Below are positions 1 through 8,278 of a stretch of DNA of 40,339 nt, one piece after another (within the stretch, counting starts at the first letter, position 1; each line of letters starts with the position of its first letter). Origin of the DNA: an uncultured Bacilli bacterium (GTDB taxonomy: Bacteria; Bacillota_I; Bacilli_A; RF39; UBA660); the NCBI GenBank assembly GCA_947630955.1, contig CANRJK010000001.1, positions 1 through 40,339 of the forward strand, in the 5' to 3' direction. Below the pieces are notes generated by a model. The model saw nothing but the letters and a program-made list of their open reading frames with translations. It had not been told where the DNA came from and did no database searches. The translations under genes and the position numbers were made by a program.

Positions 1-56
1 TTTCTACAATTTCTATTTGGCATATCCATTATACCACTTTTTTGTTTATCAGTCAT
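1..56 (-). CDS. 5' end of an unidentified gene running off the left edge (MTDKQKSGIMDMPNRNCR...)
   Basis: Minus-strand ATG at 56-54 opens a frame that stays open to position 1. No clear Shine-Dalgarno and only 18 codons visible. A later ATG (MPNRNCR) behind a TGgTATAAT-like box is equally possible. Confidence 0.2.
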   Translation of the reverse strand, partial: MTDKQKSGIMDMPNRNCR

Positions 57-74
57 AAAGTTTAACACAACTTT

Positions 75-515
75 TTATAAATAGAAACTATCTACCTCAG
101 TATCATCTTCATTACTTTCTTCTTCATAGATATTTTTTAATGTGTTTAAAACATTTTCACTATAATCACTTTTAATAATATCACTAATACTTATAATACC
201 TATAAATTCATTATTTTCTTCTACTAATAATCTTTTAACTTGTCTTTTACCCATAATGTCTAAAGCTATTTTGATATCACTATCAGAGTTAATGGAAATA
301 ATATCTCTAGTTAAAAGATTTTTTATTTTCCTTTTATGTTTACTAATACCACGAGTAACAATGTCACGATCGGTAATTACACCAACAATTTTACCATTAT
401 CTTCAATGGGTAAAAAACCAATATCATTTTCACTCATTATTAAGCTAATGTCGGTTAGTGATGCATCTATTTCACCAGTTATAATTTTTCTTTTGTATAT
501 ATCTTTAATTAACAT
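75..515 (-). CDS. CBS-domain pair protein (146 aa)
   Basis: C-terminal 146 aa of the 75..872 ORF show two CBS-like modules (DIGFLPIEDNGKIVGVITDRDIV and RLLVEENNEFIGIISISDII). The upstream part of that ORF is low-complexity antisense to yunB. Start placed at ATG 515 (MLIKDIY). Confidence 0.7.
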   Translation of the reverse strand: MLIKDIYKRKIITGEIDASLTDISLIMSENDIGFLPIEDNGKIVGVITDRDIVTRGISKHKRKIKNLLTRDIISINSDSDIKIALDIMGKRQVKRLLVEENNEFIGIISISDIIKSDYSENVLNTLKNIYEEESNEDDTEVDSFYL

Positions 516-576
516 ATTATCACCATTTATATTATTTGTTTTTAATATATGATTTATACTTATAATATAATGTAAT

Positions 577-1296
577 ATGAAAAAGCATAGTCGAAATACT
601 GGTATTTTTTTAATATTTATTATTATTTTTGGTATTATTTTAGGATTTAGATTAATTAAAAAAAAAGTAACACCAATTGTCATGTTAGCAGCTAAAGAAG
701 AAACCAATAAGTTATCGACACTTATTATTAATGACGCTATTAAAAAACAAGTTGTTGATGGCATTAGTTTTGATAAATTATTTATTATTACGTATGAAGG
801 TGATGAGATAGCCACTATTGATTTTGATTCTGTGATGGTTAATAAAGTATTATCGACAATTACGAATACCATTCAATTAAATATTAAATATTTAGAGCAA
901 GGAAATATTGATATGTTACAGTTGTCTGATAATGTTTTAGCGCATTATAATCATAAAAAATTAAAAAATGGTATTGTTTATGAAATACCATTAGGTTTAG
1001 TTTATAACAATCCTTTTTTATCTAATTTAGGACCTAAAATTCCTGTCCGTATTAGTTTAATGGGAAGTGTTAATAGTGATGTTAAAACCAAAGTGACTAA
1101 TTATGGTATAAATAATGCTTTAATTGAAGCTTATGTTGATGTTGAAGTTAATTTACAAGTTATTTTGCCTTTTCAATCAGAAGATACAATTGTTAAAACA
1201 AGTGTCCCTTTAGCGCTTAAAATGATTAGAGGTAAAGTTCCACAATATTACGCCAATGGTAGTTCTAATTCATCGATAAGTTTACCAATTAGTTAG
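577..1296 (+). CDS. yunB: sporulation protein YunB-like, N-terminal membrane anchor
   Basis: 239 aa with a single N-terminal TM (GIFLIFIIIFGIILGF). Size and layout match YunB, and it sits next to a yutD homologue as in Bacillus. Recognition by eye only. Confidence 0.5.
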   Translation: MKKHSRNTGIFLIFIIIFGIILGFRLIKKKVTPIVMLAAKEETNKLSTLIINDAIKKQVVDGISFDKLFIITYEGDEIATIDFDSVMVNKVLSTITNTIQLNIKYLEQGNIDMLQLSDNVLAHYNHKKLKNGIVYEIPLGLVYNNPFLSNLGPKIPVRISLMGSVNSDVKTKVTNYGINNALIEAYVDVEVNLQVILPFQSEDTIVKTSVPLALKMIRGKVPQYYANGSSNSSISLPIS

Positions 1297-1355
1297 AATT
1301 TGTACAAATGTTATGCAAATAATGTTATAATATATTTATTAAGAAGGTGTAGTTA

Positions 1356-1643
1356 ATGAGTAAAAAAGTAAAATTAGATGATTATGAATGGGAACTAATT
1401 GAAGAATATAAAGATGGTTATGATGAAAAAGCCTTAAAAGAAAAATATACTGACTATTTTGAGCCATATGATTATATAATTGGGGATTGGTCTTACGGTA
1501 AATTACGCTTAAAAGGTTTTTGTAAAAAAATAAATAAAATTTGTAATCGTATGAACGATATTAAATTCAAAGATGATTACATTAAAAATCTTTGTAGTTA
1601 TGAGTGTAAATATTTTATCATTCAAAAGGTGAAAGACAAGTAA
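1356..1643 (+). CDS. yutD: YutD family protein (DUF1027)
   Basis: 95 aa with the YutD-like core YDYIIGDWSYGKLRLKGF. RBS AAGAAGGTG lies upstream. Confidence 0.6.
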   Translation: MSKKVKLDDYEWELIEEYKDGYDEKALKEKYTDYFEPYDYIIGDWSYGKLRLKGFCKKINKICNRMNDIKFKDDYIKNLCSYECKYFIIQKVKDK

Positions 1644-1692
1644 TTACTTGTTTTTTTACTATAATAATGTTATAATCCTGATAGTAGGTGAT

Positions 1693-1947
1693 ATGGTGGA
1701 AGGAAGAATAATAAGGGTTGTTGATACTGATGGAACACAATTAGATGTTGAACTTATTTCCATTTTAGAAAATGATAATAATAAATATTTAGTTTATACT
1801 AAGGGTGAAAAACAAAAAAGTGGAAATATTATCATATATATTACAAAATTAGTTGTAAAACAAGGTGAGTATTATCTAGATAATATTGTCAATGATAAAG
1901 AGTGGGATAGTGTTAAATCACTAATGAGTAAGCTTATAAATAAATAA
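1693..1947 (+). CDS. DUF1292-like small protein
   Basis: VVDTDGTQLDVELISILENDNNKYLVY resembles the DUF1292 pattern (D-E-x-G-x-E-x-x-F-E-V-L...Y-L-V). Start moved to ATG 1693, behind TAGGTGA. Confidence 0.5.
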   Translation: MVEGRIIRVVDTDGTQLDVELISILENDNNKYLVYTKGEKQKSGNIIIYITKLVVKQGEYYLDNIVNDKEWDSVKSLMSKLINK

Positions 1948-1966
1948 TACTTGGGGAGTGTGTGAT

Positions 1967-2716
1967 ATGAAGCTAGGTTACAGTAATCCAGTTATTACGT
2001 ATGAAGAAATAGTAAATGCTCTAAAAGCAATAATTGATTGTTCTTTAAATGACAATTATTTAGATGATTTTAATTATTTAAATGTGAAATATGAATCTGA
2101 GGTTAAAACAGATTTAGATGAAAAATGGGAAGTTGCTTTAAGAAAAGCTATCAAAGATTTAGAAAAAGCAATAGATTCTTCTAGTAAGGTTATTAAAAAC
2201 AATCTAGAAAAAGAATTACAACGAATTGAAAATGATGTTTTAAAGATGAATAGCCTTTATTTAATAGGTCAAGAAAAAAGAAAACTTGCATCACAAGAAG
2301 TTTTTGTTCAGAAATTACGTGAAAAATCTTTAAAAACAGATGTTTTGTATGAAATACCAAAGGAAGATTCTTTTTCTAACATAGATAACATTGATACTAA
2401 TAAAATATTTAGTGATTTTGAAAGAAATGCGATTATTAACTTTCCAGACTTCTTTAAAGAAGAAATTGCCATCGCTAAAGGTGAAGAAGAAAAAGATGAT
2501 GTTTCACTTAATGACTTATATAATACAATTGAATTAGAGCCTATTCCAATTGAAGATTACGCTAAACCAGAAGAACTAAAACCAGATGGTGATGTTGATC
2601 TTTATCGTGTTTCTTTAATTAGAAAAGCAATTGATAAAGCTAAAGAGAAAAATGATCCTAAATTAGTTCAAATGCTTGAAGAAAGATTGAATAAAGAATT
2701 AGGAAATAATAAATAA
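1967..2716 (+). CDS. hypothetical acidic coiled-coil protein
   Basis: Long ORF with RBS GGGGAG before ATG 1967. No motif recognised. Confidence 0.55.
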   Translation: MKLGYSNPVITYEEIVNALKAIIDCSLNDNYLDDFNYLNVKYESEVKTDLDEKWEVALRKAIKDLEKAIDSSSKVIKNNLEKELQRIENDVLKMNSLYLIGQEKRKLASQEVFVQKLREKSLKTDVLYEIPKEDSFSNIDNIDTNKIFSDFERNAIINFPDFFKEEIAIAKGEEEKDDVSLNDLYNTIELEPIPIEDYAKPEELKPDGDVDLYRVSLIRKAIDKAKEKNDPKLVQMLEERLNKELGNNK

Positions 2717-2747
2717 TTTCTCTTTTTCTTTTAGATTTTAGAAAAGG

Positions 2748-3830
2748 ATGATTAATGATATGAGTAGTACTGGTGTAATGGACCATAAATGTAAAAATTG
2801 TGGTGCCGTATTGAAATTTAATCCACATGATCAAAATTGGGTATGTGAGTTTTGTAAAAGTACTTTTAATAAAGACGAAATAGCATCTTATGAAAAAAGT
2901 CGTGGTGTAGAAGAGTTAACAAAGGAAACAGAAGCTGTCAAACTAGATACTAATTGGGAGGGAATGGATGTTTATTCTTGCCCAAACTGTGGTGCAGAAA
3001 TTGTAGCAGATGAAAATACTTCAGCAACTTTTTGCGTTTATTGTAAAAATACAGCTATCTTAAAAAATAAATTAGTAGGTGAATTTAATCCTAATAAAAT
3101 AATTCCTTTTTATAAGACTAAAGAAGATGCTATTGCAGCTTTCAAAAATATTGGTAAAGGAAAAATTCTAATGCCTAAATTTTTTAATAACAAAAAAAAT
3201 ATTGATGAAATACGTGGTGTTTATATCCCTTTTTGGTTATATGATTATAATGTAGCTGGCAATATTGTTGGTGAAGCAAAAAATATTAGTACGTGGACTT
3301 CAGGTGACCGACAATATACTAAGGTAGATACGTTTGCTGTAACTAGAGGGGGTTCAATGTCATTTCAAAAAATACCTGTTGATGGCTCTAATAATTTTGA
3401 TAATGACACTATGAACTCTATTGAGCCTTTTGATTATCAAGGTTTAGTTGATTTTAATCACTCTTATTTATCAGGTTTCTTAGCTCAAAAGTACGATGTT
3501 GGTAAGGATAAAGCTAGTGAAGATGCTTTAGTGCGTGCTAAAAATTCAACTAATGAAGTTTTAAAAAGAGATATAGTGGGATATGATGAAGTTATTATTA
3601 CTAACTCTAATCATAATGTTAGCTTAGTAAATTGTGATTATGTATTATTACCAGTATGGTTATTAAATATAAAGTATAAAAATAAAATTCGAACTTTTGC
3701 GATGAATGGTCAAACTGGAAAATTAATAGGTGATTTACCAATTGATTCTAAAAGAGCAATTTTTGTATGGTTATTAAGTTTTGCTATTTGTATGCTTGTA
3801 GGTTCACTTATTTGGTATATGATAGGGTGA
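2748..3830 (+). CDS. double zinc-ribbon protein with C-terminal membrane anchor
   Basis: Two CxxC...CxxC ribbons (CKNCGAVLKF..WVCEFCKS and CPNCGAEIVA..FCVYCKN) and a C-terminal TM (IFVWLLSFAICMLVGSLIWYMI). The start could instead be ATG 2760. Confidence 0.65.
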   Translation: MINDMSSTGVMDHKCKNCGAVLKFNPHDQNWVCEFCKSTFNKDEIASYEKSRGVEELTKETEAVKLDTNWEGMDVYSCPNCGAEIVADENTSATFCVYCKNTAILKNKLVGEFNPNKIIPFYKTKEDAIAAFKNIGKGKILMPKFFNNKKNIDEIRGVYIPFWLYDYNVAGNIVGEAKNISTWTSGDRQYTKVDTFAVTRGGSMSFQKIPVDGSNNFDNDTMNSIEPFDYQGLVDFNHSYLSGFLAQKYDVGKDKASEDALVRAKNSTNEVLKRDIVGYDEVIITNSNHNVSLVNCDYVLLPVWLLNIKYKNKIRTFAMNGQTGKLIGDLPIDSKRAIFVWLLSFAICMLVGSLIWYMIG

Positions 3831-3835
3831 TAGAA

Positions 3836-4660
3836 ATGAAAAAATTTATACTTGTTTTAGTTACACTTTTTTCCATTACTTTTGGTATGGGAAGAATCCA
3901 AGCAGTTGAAAGTGTTAATTCTAGTGAAAAAATTTATGATTATGGCAATTTATTAACCGAAACAGAGAAATTAGAAATAAAAGATTTAATTATGAATTTT
4001 ATTAACACATACAAATTAGATATGGTTGTAGTAACGCAAAGAAATTATTATGGTGATTTAAAAAGTTATGCACAAGATTTTTACGATTATAATGATTTTG
4101 GTGAAGGTAAAACTAATGATGGTATTTTACTAGCTTTAAATGCTGATGCTGCGGGATATGAAGCTCAGATAGTTACTACTGGTGAAGGTATTAGGATGTA
4201 TGATGATGAAAGAATTCAAAATTTATTATCAAGTATGTCTTATGTTAAAGCTGATGGAGCAGGTGCTATTGTAAAAAAATTTGTTAACTTATCAAGTAGC
4301 TATGCTAATCAAGGTATTCCAGCTAGTAATAAAAATACTTATATTGATGAAAATGGTAATTATCGTATTAAAAGAAAATATCCTGTTTTTAAATTAGGTT
4401 TAATTGCCGTTATTGTTTCAACAGTTATTTTATTGATATTAATAAATAAAAATAAAATGGTAAAAAAAGCTAGCAATGCAAAAGAATATTTGGATAATTC
4501 ATCAATTTCTATAGTCGATAGAAAAGATCAATTTTTACGAACTAATACAACTAGTGTTGTTATCGCAACTTCTGATGGAGGAAGTAGCGGTGGCGGTGGT
4601 TCATCGATAAGTTCTGGTAGTAGTGGTGTATCACATGGTGGCGGTGGTGGACGCCTATAA
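3836..4660 (+). CDS. TPM-domain (YgcG-like) membrane protein with Gly/Ser-rich tail
   Basis: Signal peptide, TPM-like core (YDYGNLLTETEKLEIKDLI...MVVVT...GILLAL), a TM, and the family-typical tail GGSSGGGGSS...HGGGGGRL. The ATG lies 6 nt after the upstream stop. Confidence 0.7.
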   Translation: MKKFILVLVTLFSITFGMGRIQAVESVNSSEKIYDYGNLLTETEKLEIKDLIMNFINTYKLDMVVVTQRNYYGDLKSYAQDFYDYNDFGEGKTNDGILLALNADAAGYEAQIVTTGEGIRMYDDERIQNLLSSMSYVKADGAGAIVKKFVNLSSSYANQGIPASNKNTYIDENGNYRIKRKYPVFKLGLIAVIVSTVILLILINKNKMVKKASNAKEYLDNSSISIVDRKDQFLRTNTTSVVIATSDGGSSGGGGSSISSGSSGVSHGGGGGRL

Positions 4661-4672
4661 AAAAAGATTTTC

Positions 4673-5821
4673 TCAAATCTTTTTTTCTTTAATAATAGGT
4701 TTATGAGTTATTTCTTCAATTAAAAAATTATTACCTTTAATTAAACTTAAAACTTTAGTTATTCTTAAATCTAGTGATAAATTATTATTTTTATCATTAG
4801 AATAATTAGTTATAATTGGTATATTGATGTCCTTTTTTATATTATTTAAATATTGTTGCCCCTTCTTGTTAAAACCTAAAACACGAATATAAAAGTTATC
4901 AATTAATTTATTGTTTTCTTCTTTAGTAAAGGAAAAAAGAAGGTGACTACAAGCTCGCATTAATCTATTATAAGTATAATATTTTGTTTTAACACTATTT
5001 ATAAATTCCTCTAGTGTTTGAGTATTAATTATTTTTTTCTTCATTCTGTTAGCTAGTTTTTCATCTATTGATACATAGATATCCAAATTATCTTCATTGA
5101 TAATCTTATACTTAATAAAAGGGAAAAAATCAGCTAACCAAATGGGGTCTTTTATATATTTTAAAACTAATGAGGGAACGGTATCATTTAAATCTTTCTT
5201 TTCTTTTATATGTGTTCTAATACTAGTTGCGCTACTGATTTGGCCAGAAAAGTTAGTATCGTGATAATTATTAGTTCTTAAAATTGTTATTGGTTCGATA
5301 GGATAGTTATTTTTTATTATTTCTTTAACATAGCCTAAACCAAGTAAGTCATTAGGTTTATCAAAATTATAGCCAGTTTCTTTTTCTAAAGCTTTACAAA
5401 GCGCAGTTGGATAATTTATGCCATCATTTAAAAATTTTTGAACTAGTTTTTGATAATTATTTGATTTTAATTGAGTATAAGCACATTGTTTTAAAATATC
5501 ACTATTATATGTCTCTGTTCCAAAGACAATTTTATTAGCGCCCAGTAATGATAGAATTTTTAAAGCTCCGAAACAGAAGATATCGGCAGCTTGACTAGCA
5601 TATAAATATGGCAATTCAATAACTAAATCAATACCGTATTGAAGAGCAATCTCTGTTTTTTCCCATTTATTTAAAATACTTAATTCTCCTCTTTGTGTAA
5701 CATTTCCTGACAAAACTAAGATAATAAAATCATTTGGGAACATTTCTTTTATTTTATTTAAATGGTATAAATGTCCATTGTGAAATGGATTATATTCACA
5801 AATAATACCTACGTAATTCAT
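4673..5821 (-). CDS. tmcAL: tRNA(Met) cytidine acetate ligase (YlbM/UPF0348 nucleotidyltransferase)
   Basis: N-terminus GIICEYNPFHNGHLYHL...LSGNVTQRGE...WEKTEIALQYGIDLVIELPYLYASQAADIF closely parallels B. subtilis YlbM/TmcAL. Confidence 0.8.
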   Translation of the reverse strand: MNYVGIICEYNPFHNGHLYHLNKIKEMFPNDFIILVLSGNVTQRGELSILNKWEKTEIALQYGIDLVIELPYLYASQAADIFCFGALKILSLLGANKIVFGTETYNSDILKQCAYTQLKSNNYQKLVQKFLNDGINYPTALCKALEKETGYNFDKPNDLLGLGYVKEIIKNNYPIEPITILRTNNYHDTNFSGQISSATSIRTHIKEKKDLNDTVPSLVLKYIKDPIWLADFFPFIKYKIINEDNLDIYVSIDEKLANRMKKKIINTQTLEEFINSVKTKYYTYNRLMRACSHLLFSFTKEENNKLIDNFYIRVLGFNKKGQQYLNNIKKDINIPIITNYSNDKNNNLSLDLRITKVLSLIKGNNFLIEEITHKPIIKEKKI

Positions 5822-5853
5822 AAAATCACCATCATTATCATATCATATTTTTC

Positions 5854-5882
5854 TTGCTTTTTTACTAAATATTCTGTATAAT
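5854..5882 (+). promoter_or_regulatory. sigma-A type promoter for yceD-rpmF
   Basis: TTGCTT (5854-5859), 17-nt spacer, TATAAT (5877-5882), about 20 nt before the yceD ATG. Confidence 0.55.
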
Positions 5883-5901
5883 GTTCTAGTCGGGTGATAT
5901 T

Positions 5902-6399
5902 ATGAATTTTAATCTAATGCGACTAAGAAATGGTATCGACAAACAAATAAAGGTAAATGAAAAATATACATTTCAAGAAGAACAACTTAAAAAATATGGT
6001 GTTTCTAAACTAGAGGATGTAATAATAGAAGGGGAAATAACATTAAATCCTTTAAAAGAACTATATCTTAGTCTTAATGTTAAGGGTACAATGATAATTC
6101 CTTGTGCGATAACCTTAAAACCCGTTTCTTATCCTTTTGATATTGTTATTGAAGGTGATTTATCAGAAATTTCTGATGGAGCTTTAGAAAATTCGGAAAA
6201 ATACATAAATAGTATTGATATTTTACCAATAATATGGGAAAATATATTAATGGAAATTCCTATGCGTGTTGTAAGTGAAGACGTTAAAGAGACCAAGATG
6301 AGTGGCGATGGTTGGCGTCTTATAACAGATGAGGAAGAACACATTAATCCACAATTAGCTGGATTAAAAGACTTATTACAAGATAGTGAGGTGAGATAA
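5902..6399 (+). CDS. yceD: YceD/YlbN family protein (DUF177)
   Basis: 165 aa acidic protein immediately upstream of rpmF, abutting it with no gap. This is the conserved yceD-rpmF pair. Confidence 0.75.
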   Translation: MNFNLMRLRNGIDKQIKVNEKYTFQEEQLKKYGVSKLEDVIIEGEITLNPLKELYLSLNVKGTMIIPCAITLKPVSYPFDIVIEGDLSEISDGALENSEKYINSIDILPIIWENILMEIPMRVVSEDVKETKMSGDGWRLITDEEEHINPQLAGLKDLLQDSEVR

Positions 6400-6585
6400 A
6401 TGGCAGTACCATTTAGAAAAGTTAGTAATACTAGAGGTAGAAAAAGAAGAACACATTATAAAATTAGTGAAAATGGAACTACTAAATGTCCAAAATGTGG
6501 TAGTGATATAAGACCACATCGTGTATGTTTAAATTGTGGAACATATAAAGGAAAAGAAGTTATTAAAAAAGAAGAAGAAAAATAA
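6400..6585 (+). CDS. rpmF: 50S ribosomal protein L32
   Basis: [21 protein letters not shown] plus a CxxC...CxxC zinc ribbon (CPKCGS...CLNCG). Confidence 0.95.
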   Translation: MAVPFRKVSNTRGRKRRTHYKISENGTTKCPKCGSDIRPHRVCLNCGTYKGKEVIKKEEEK

Positions 6586-6637
6586 TTTTTTTCTTTTTTT
6601 ATATTATTATGTTATAATTTTAATAGTAGGTGAGGGT

Positions 6638-7369
6638 ATGAAAAATAGTCGTAATCGTTTAACACCAATACTGATTTTTATATTATTATTACTCGTTTGG
6701 ATTTTAATCATTGTTTTAGCTTATAAATTTATTAATAATCACAAAACAAGTATTAAAAAATTAAAATTAACAGATCCTTTGGTAGCTGAATTATATTCTT
6801 ATGTTACAGATGATGATATCTTTTTCTATAGTAAAAAAGCATATGATTCTGATAATTTACCTGATGAATACCTTATAAGCAAAGCTTCAAGATATCTAAC
6901 AGTTGAGGATATTGAATTTGTAAACAATAAAGAATTTATCATATCGTATGAATCTTTAGATAACGCTATTAAAATGGCTTTTGGGCCTGATTTTAAGTAT
7001 GATTTAAGCAAGATAAATACTAATGTTTTAACCTCTTTATCGCTTAAAGAAAATAGTTATTTAAATTTAAATATTCATTATGACAGTAAGAGTAACAATT
7101 ATCTTGGAAACTATGTAGAAACAGAAAAACAAGATAAAGTAAAAGTTTATCATAAATTAGTAGAAGCAACTAAAACAGATACGGTTAATTTAAAAATTGG
7201 TTATTTATTTTATATCAAAGATAATCAATATCAAATATGTAGTGATGAGTCATGTCTTAAAGTAGTAAAGCAAGTATCTAGTTTAAAAGATATTGATTTT
7301 GATAAATTTATTACAATAAATTTAAAAAAAGCTAGTGATGAAGTATATTATTATCAAAGTAATATTTGA
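6638..7369 (+). CDS. hypothetical membrane-anchored protein
   Basis: Start moved to ATG 6638, behind TAGGTGAGGG. N-terminal TM (LTPILIFILLLLVWILIIVLAY). The upstream part of track ORF 6536.. overlaps rpmF and is rejected. Confidence 0.6.
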   Translation: MKNSRNRLTPILIFILLLLVWILIIVLAYKFINNHKTSIKKLKLTDPLVAELYSYVTDDDIFFYSKKAYDSDNLPDEYLISKASRYLTVEDIEFVNNKEFIISYESLDNAIKMAFGPDFKYDLSKINTNVLTSLSLKENSYLNLNIHYDSKSNNYLGNYVETEKQDKVKVYHKLVEATKTDTVNLKIGYLFYIKDNQYQICSDESCLKVVKQVSSLKDIDFDKFITINLKKASDEVYYYQSNI

Positions 7370-7399
7370 AAATAAATAAAATTATGATATAATTGACTA

Positions 7400-7595
7400 A
7401 AGTTTGTTTAACGCCGTTTTAGTAGTTTTATAATTAGTAAAAAGAGATTTCATGGTTGGTGAGAATGAAACAAGATTATAAAATGAATTACCTGTTAAGC
7501 CGGTAACGCGATATAGTTTTAAGTGCATAATAAGTATTATGAAATAGAGTGGTACCACGGGTAATCTCGTCTCTATAACATAATACTTTTTTTAT
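7400..7595 (+). promoter_or_regulatory. T-box leader (tyrosine-type) upstream of deoC-tyrS
   Basis: T-box sequence AAATAGAGTGGTACCACGGG (7542-7561). Antiterminator geometry: ATAGAG/CTCTAT, 7-nt bulge TGGTACC, ACGGG/CTCGT, loop TAAT. Stem I helix TTTTATAAT (7426-34) / ATTATAAAA (7475-83) with AGAGA (7443-47). GAA then UAC at 7489-91. T-run at 7587-7593. An extended -10 TGATATAAT sits at 7385-7393. Confidence 0.8.
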
Positions 7596-7606
7596 AGGAG
7601 GTATTT

Positions 7607-8278
7607 ATGGAATTAAATAGTTATATTGATCATACTAATTTAAAAGCAACTGCTAGTTTAAAAGATATTGAAAAATTATGTAAAGAAGCCAAAAAGTATC
7701 ATTTTGCTAGTGTCTGTGTTCAACCATATTATGTTCCTTTAGCTTGTGAATTGTTAAAGGGTAGTAATGTTGAAGTAGGCACTGTTGTTGGTTTTCCTTT
7801 GGGAGCAAATACAAAAGAAGTAAAAGTTTTTGAGGCTATCAATGCCGTAGAAAATGGCGCAAATGAAATTGATATGGTTATTAATTTAGGAGCTTTAAAA
7901 AATAAGGATTATGATTATGTCAAAGAAGAAATTGAAGAAATAAGAGATGCCATTGATGGCAAAGTTTTGAAAGTTATAATTGAGACTTGCTACTTAACAG
8001 ATAAAGAAATAATTAAAATGACTGAAATTTGTAATGAAACTTTTGTTAACTTTATTAAGACATCAACAGGTTTTGGTCTAGAAGGCGCTAAAGTCAAAGA
8101 TGTCGAATTAATAAGTCAACATAAAAATGAACTATTAGAAATTAAAGCTAGTGGAGGAATTAAAGATATAGAAACAGCTTTTGAAATGATTGAAGCTGGT
8201 GCGACTAGATTAGGCACAAGTAGTGGTGTTAAATTAATGCAAAGTGAAGACGATGATTGTTGTAAGGAGGAAAAATAA
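7607..8278 (+). CDS. deoC: deoxyribose-phosphate aldolase
   Basis: ASVCVQPYYV, VGTVVGFPLGA, EIDMVINLG, FIKTSTGF (Schiff-base Lys context) and IKASGGI are all DeoC hallmarks. Confidence 0.9.
   Translation: MELNSYIDHTNLKATASLKDIEKLCKEAKKYHFASVCVQPYYVPLACELLKGSNVEVGTVVGFPLGANTKEVKVFEAINAVENGANEIDMVINLGALKNKDYDYVKEEIEEIRDAIDGKVLKVIIETCYLTDKEIIKMTEICNETFVNFIKTSTGFGLEGAKVKDVELISQHKNELLEIKASGGIKDIETAFEMIEAGATRLGTSSGVKLMQSEDDDCCKEEK

Noticed and set aside
516-872. N-terminal 119 aa of track ORF 75..872 (minus strand)
   Set aside because: Low-complexity I/L/N-rich sequence lying antisense to yunB. The CBS protein has a sensible internal start at 515. The extension is treated as a read-through artefact of AT-rich DNA.
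4573-4657. Locally GC-rich stretch (ggtggcggtggt...)
   Set aside because: It is explained by the Gly/Ser-rich C-terminal tail typical of TPM/YgcG proteins. It is not a repeat element or RNA gene.
6536-6637. Upstream extension of the 6638 gene overlapping rpmF
   Set aside because: The extension overlaps the L32 coding end and the intergenic promoter (TGTTATAAT at 6610-18). The real start at 6638 has an SD.
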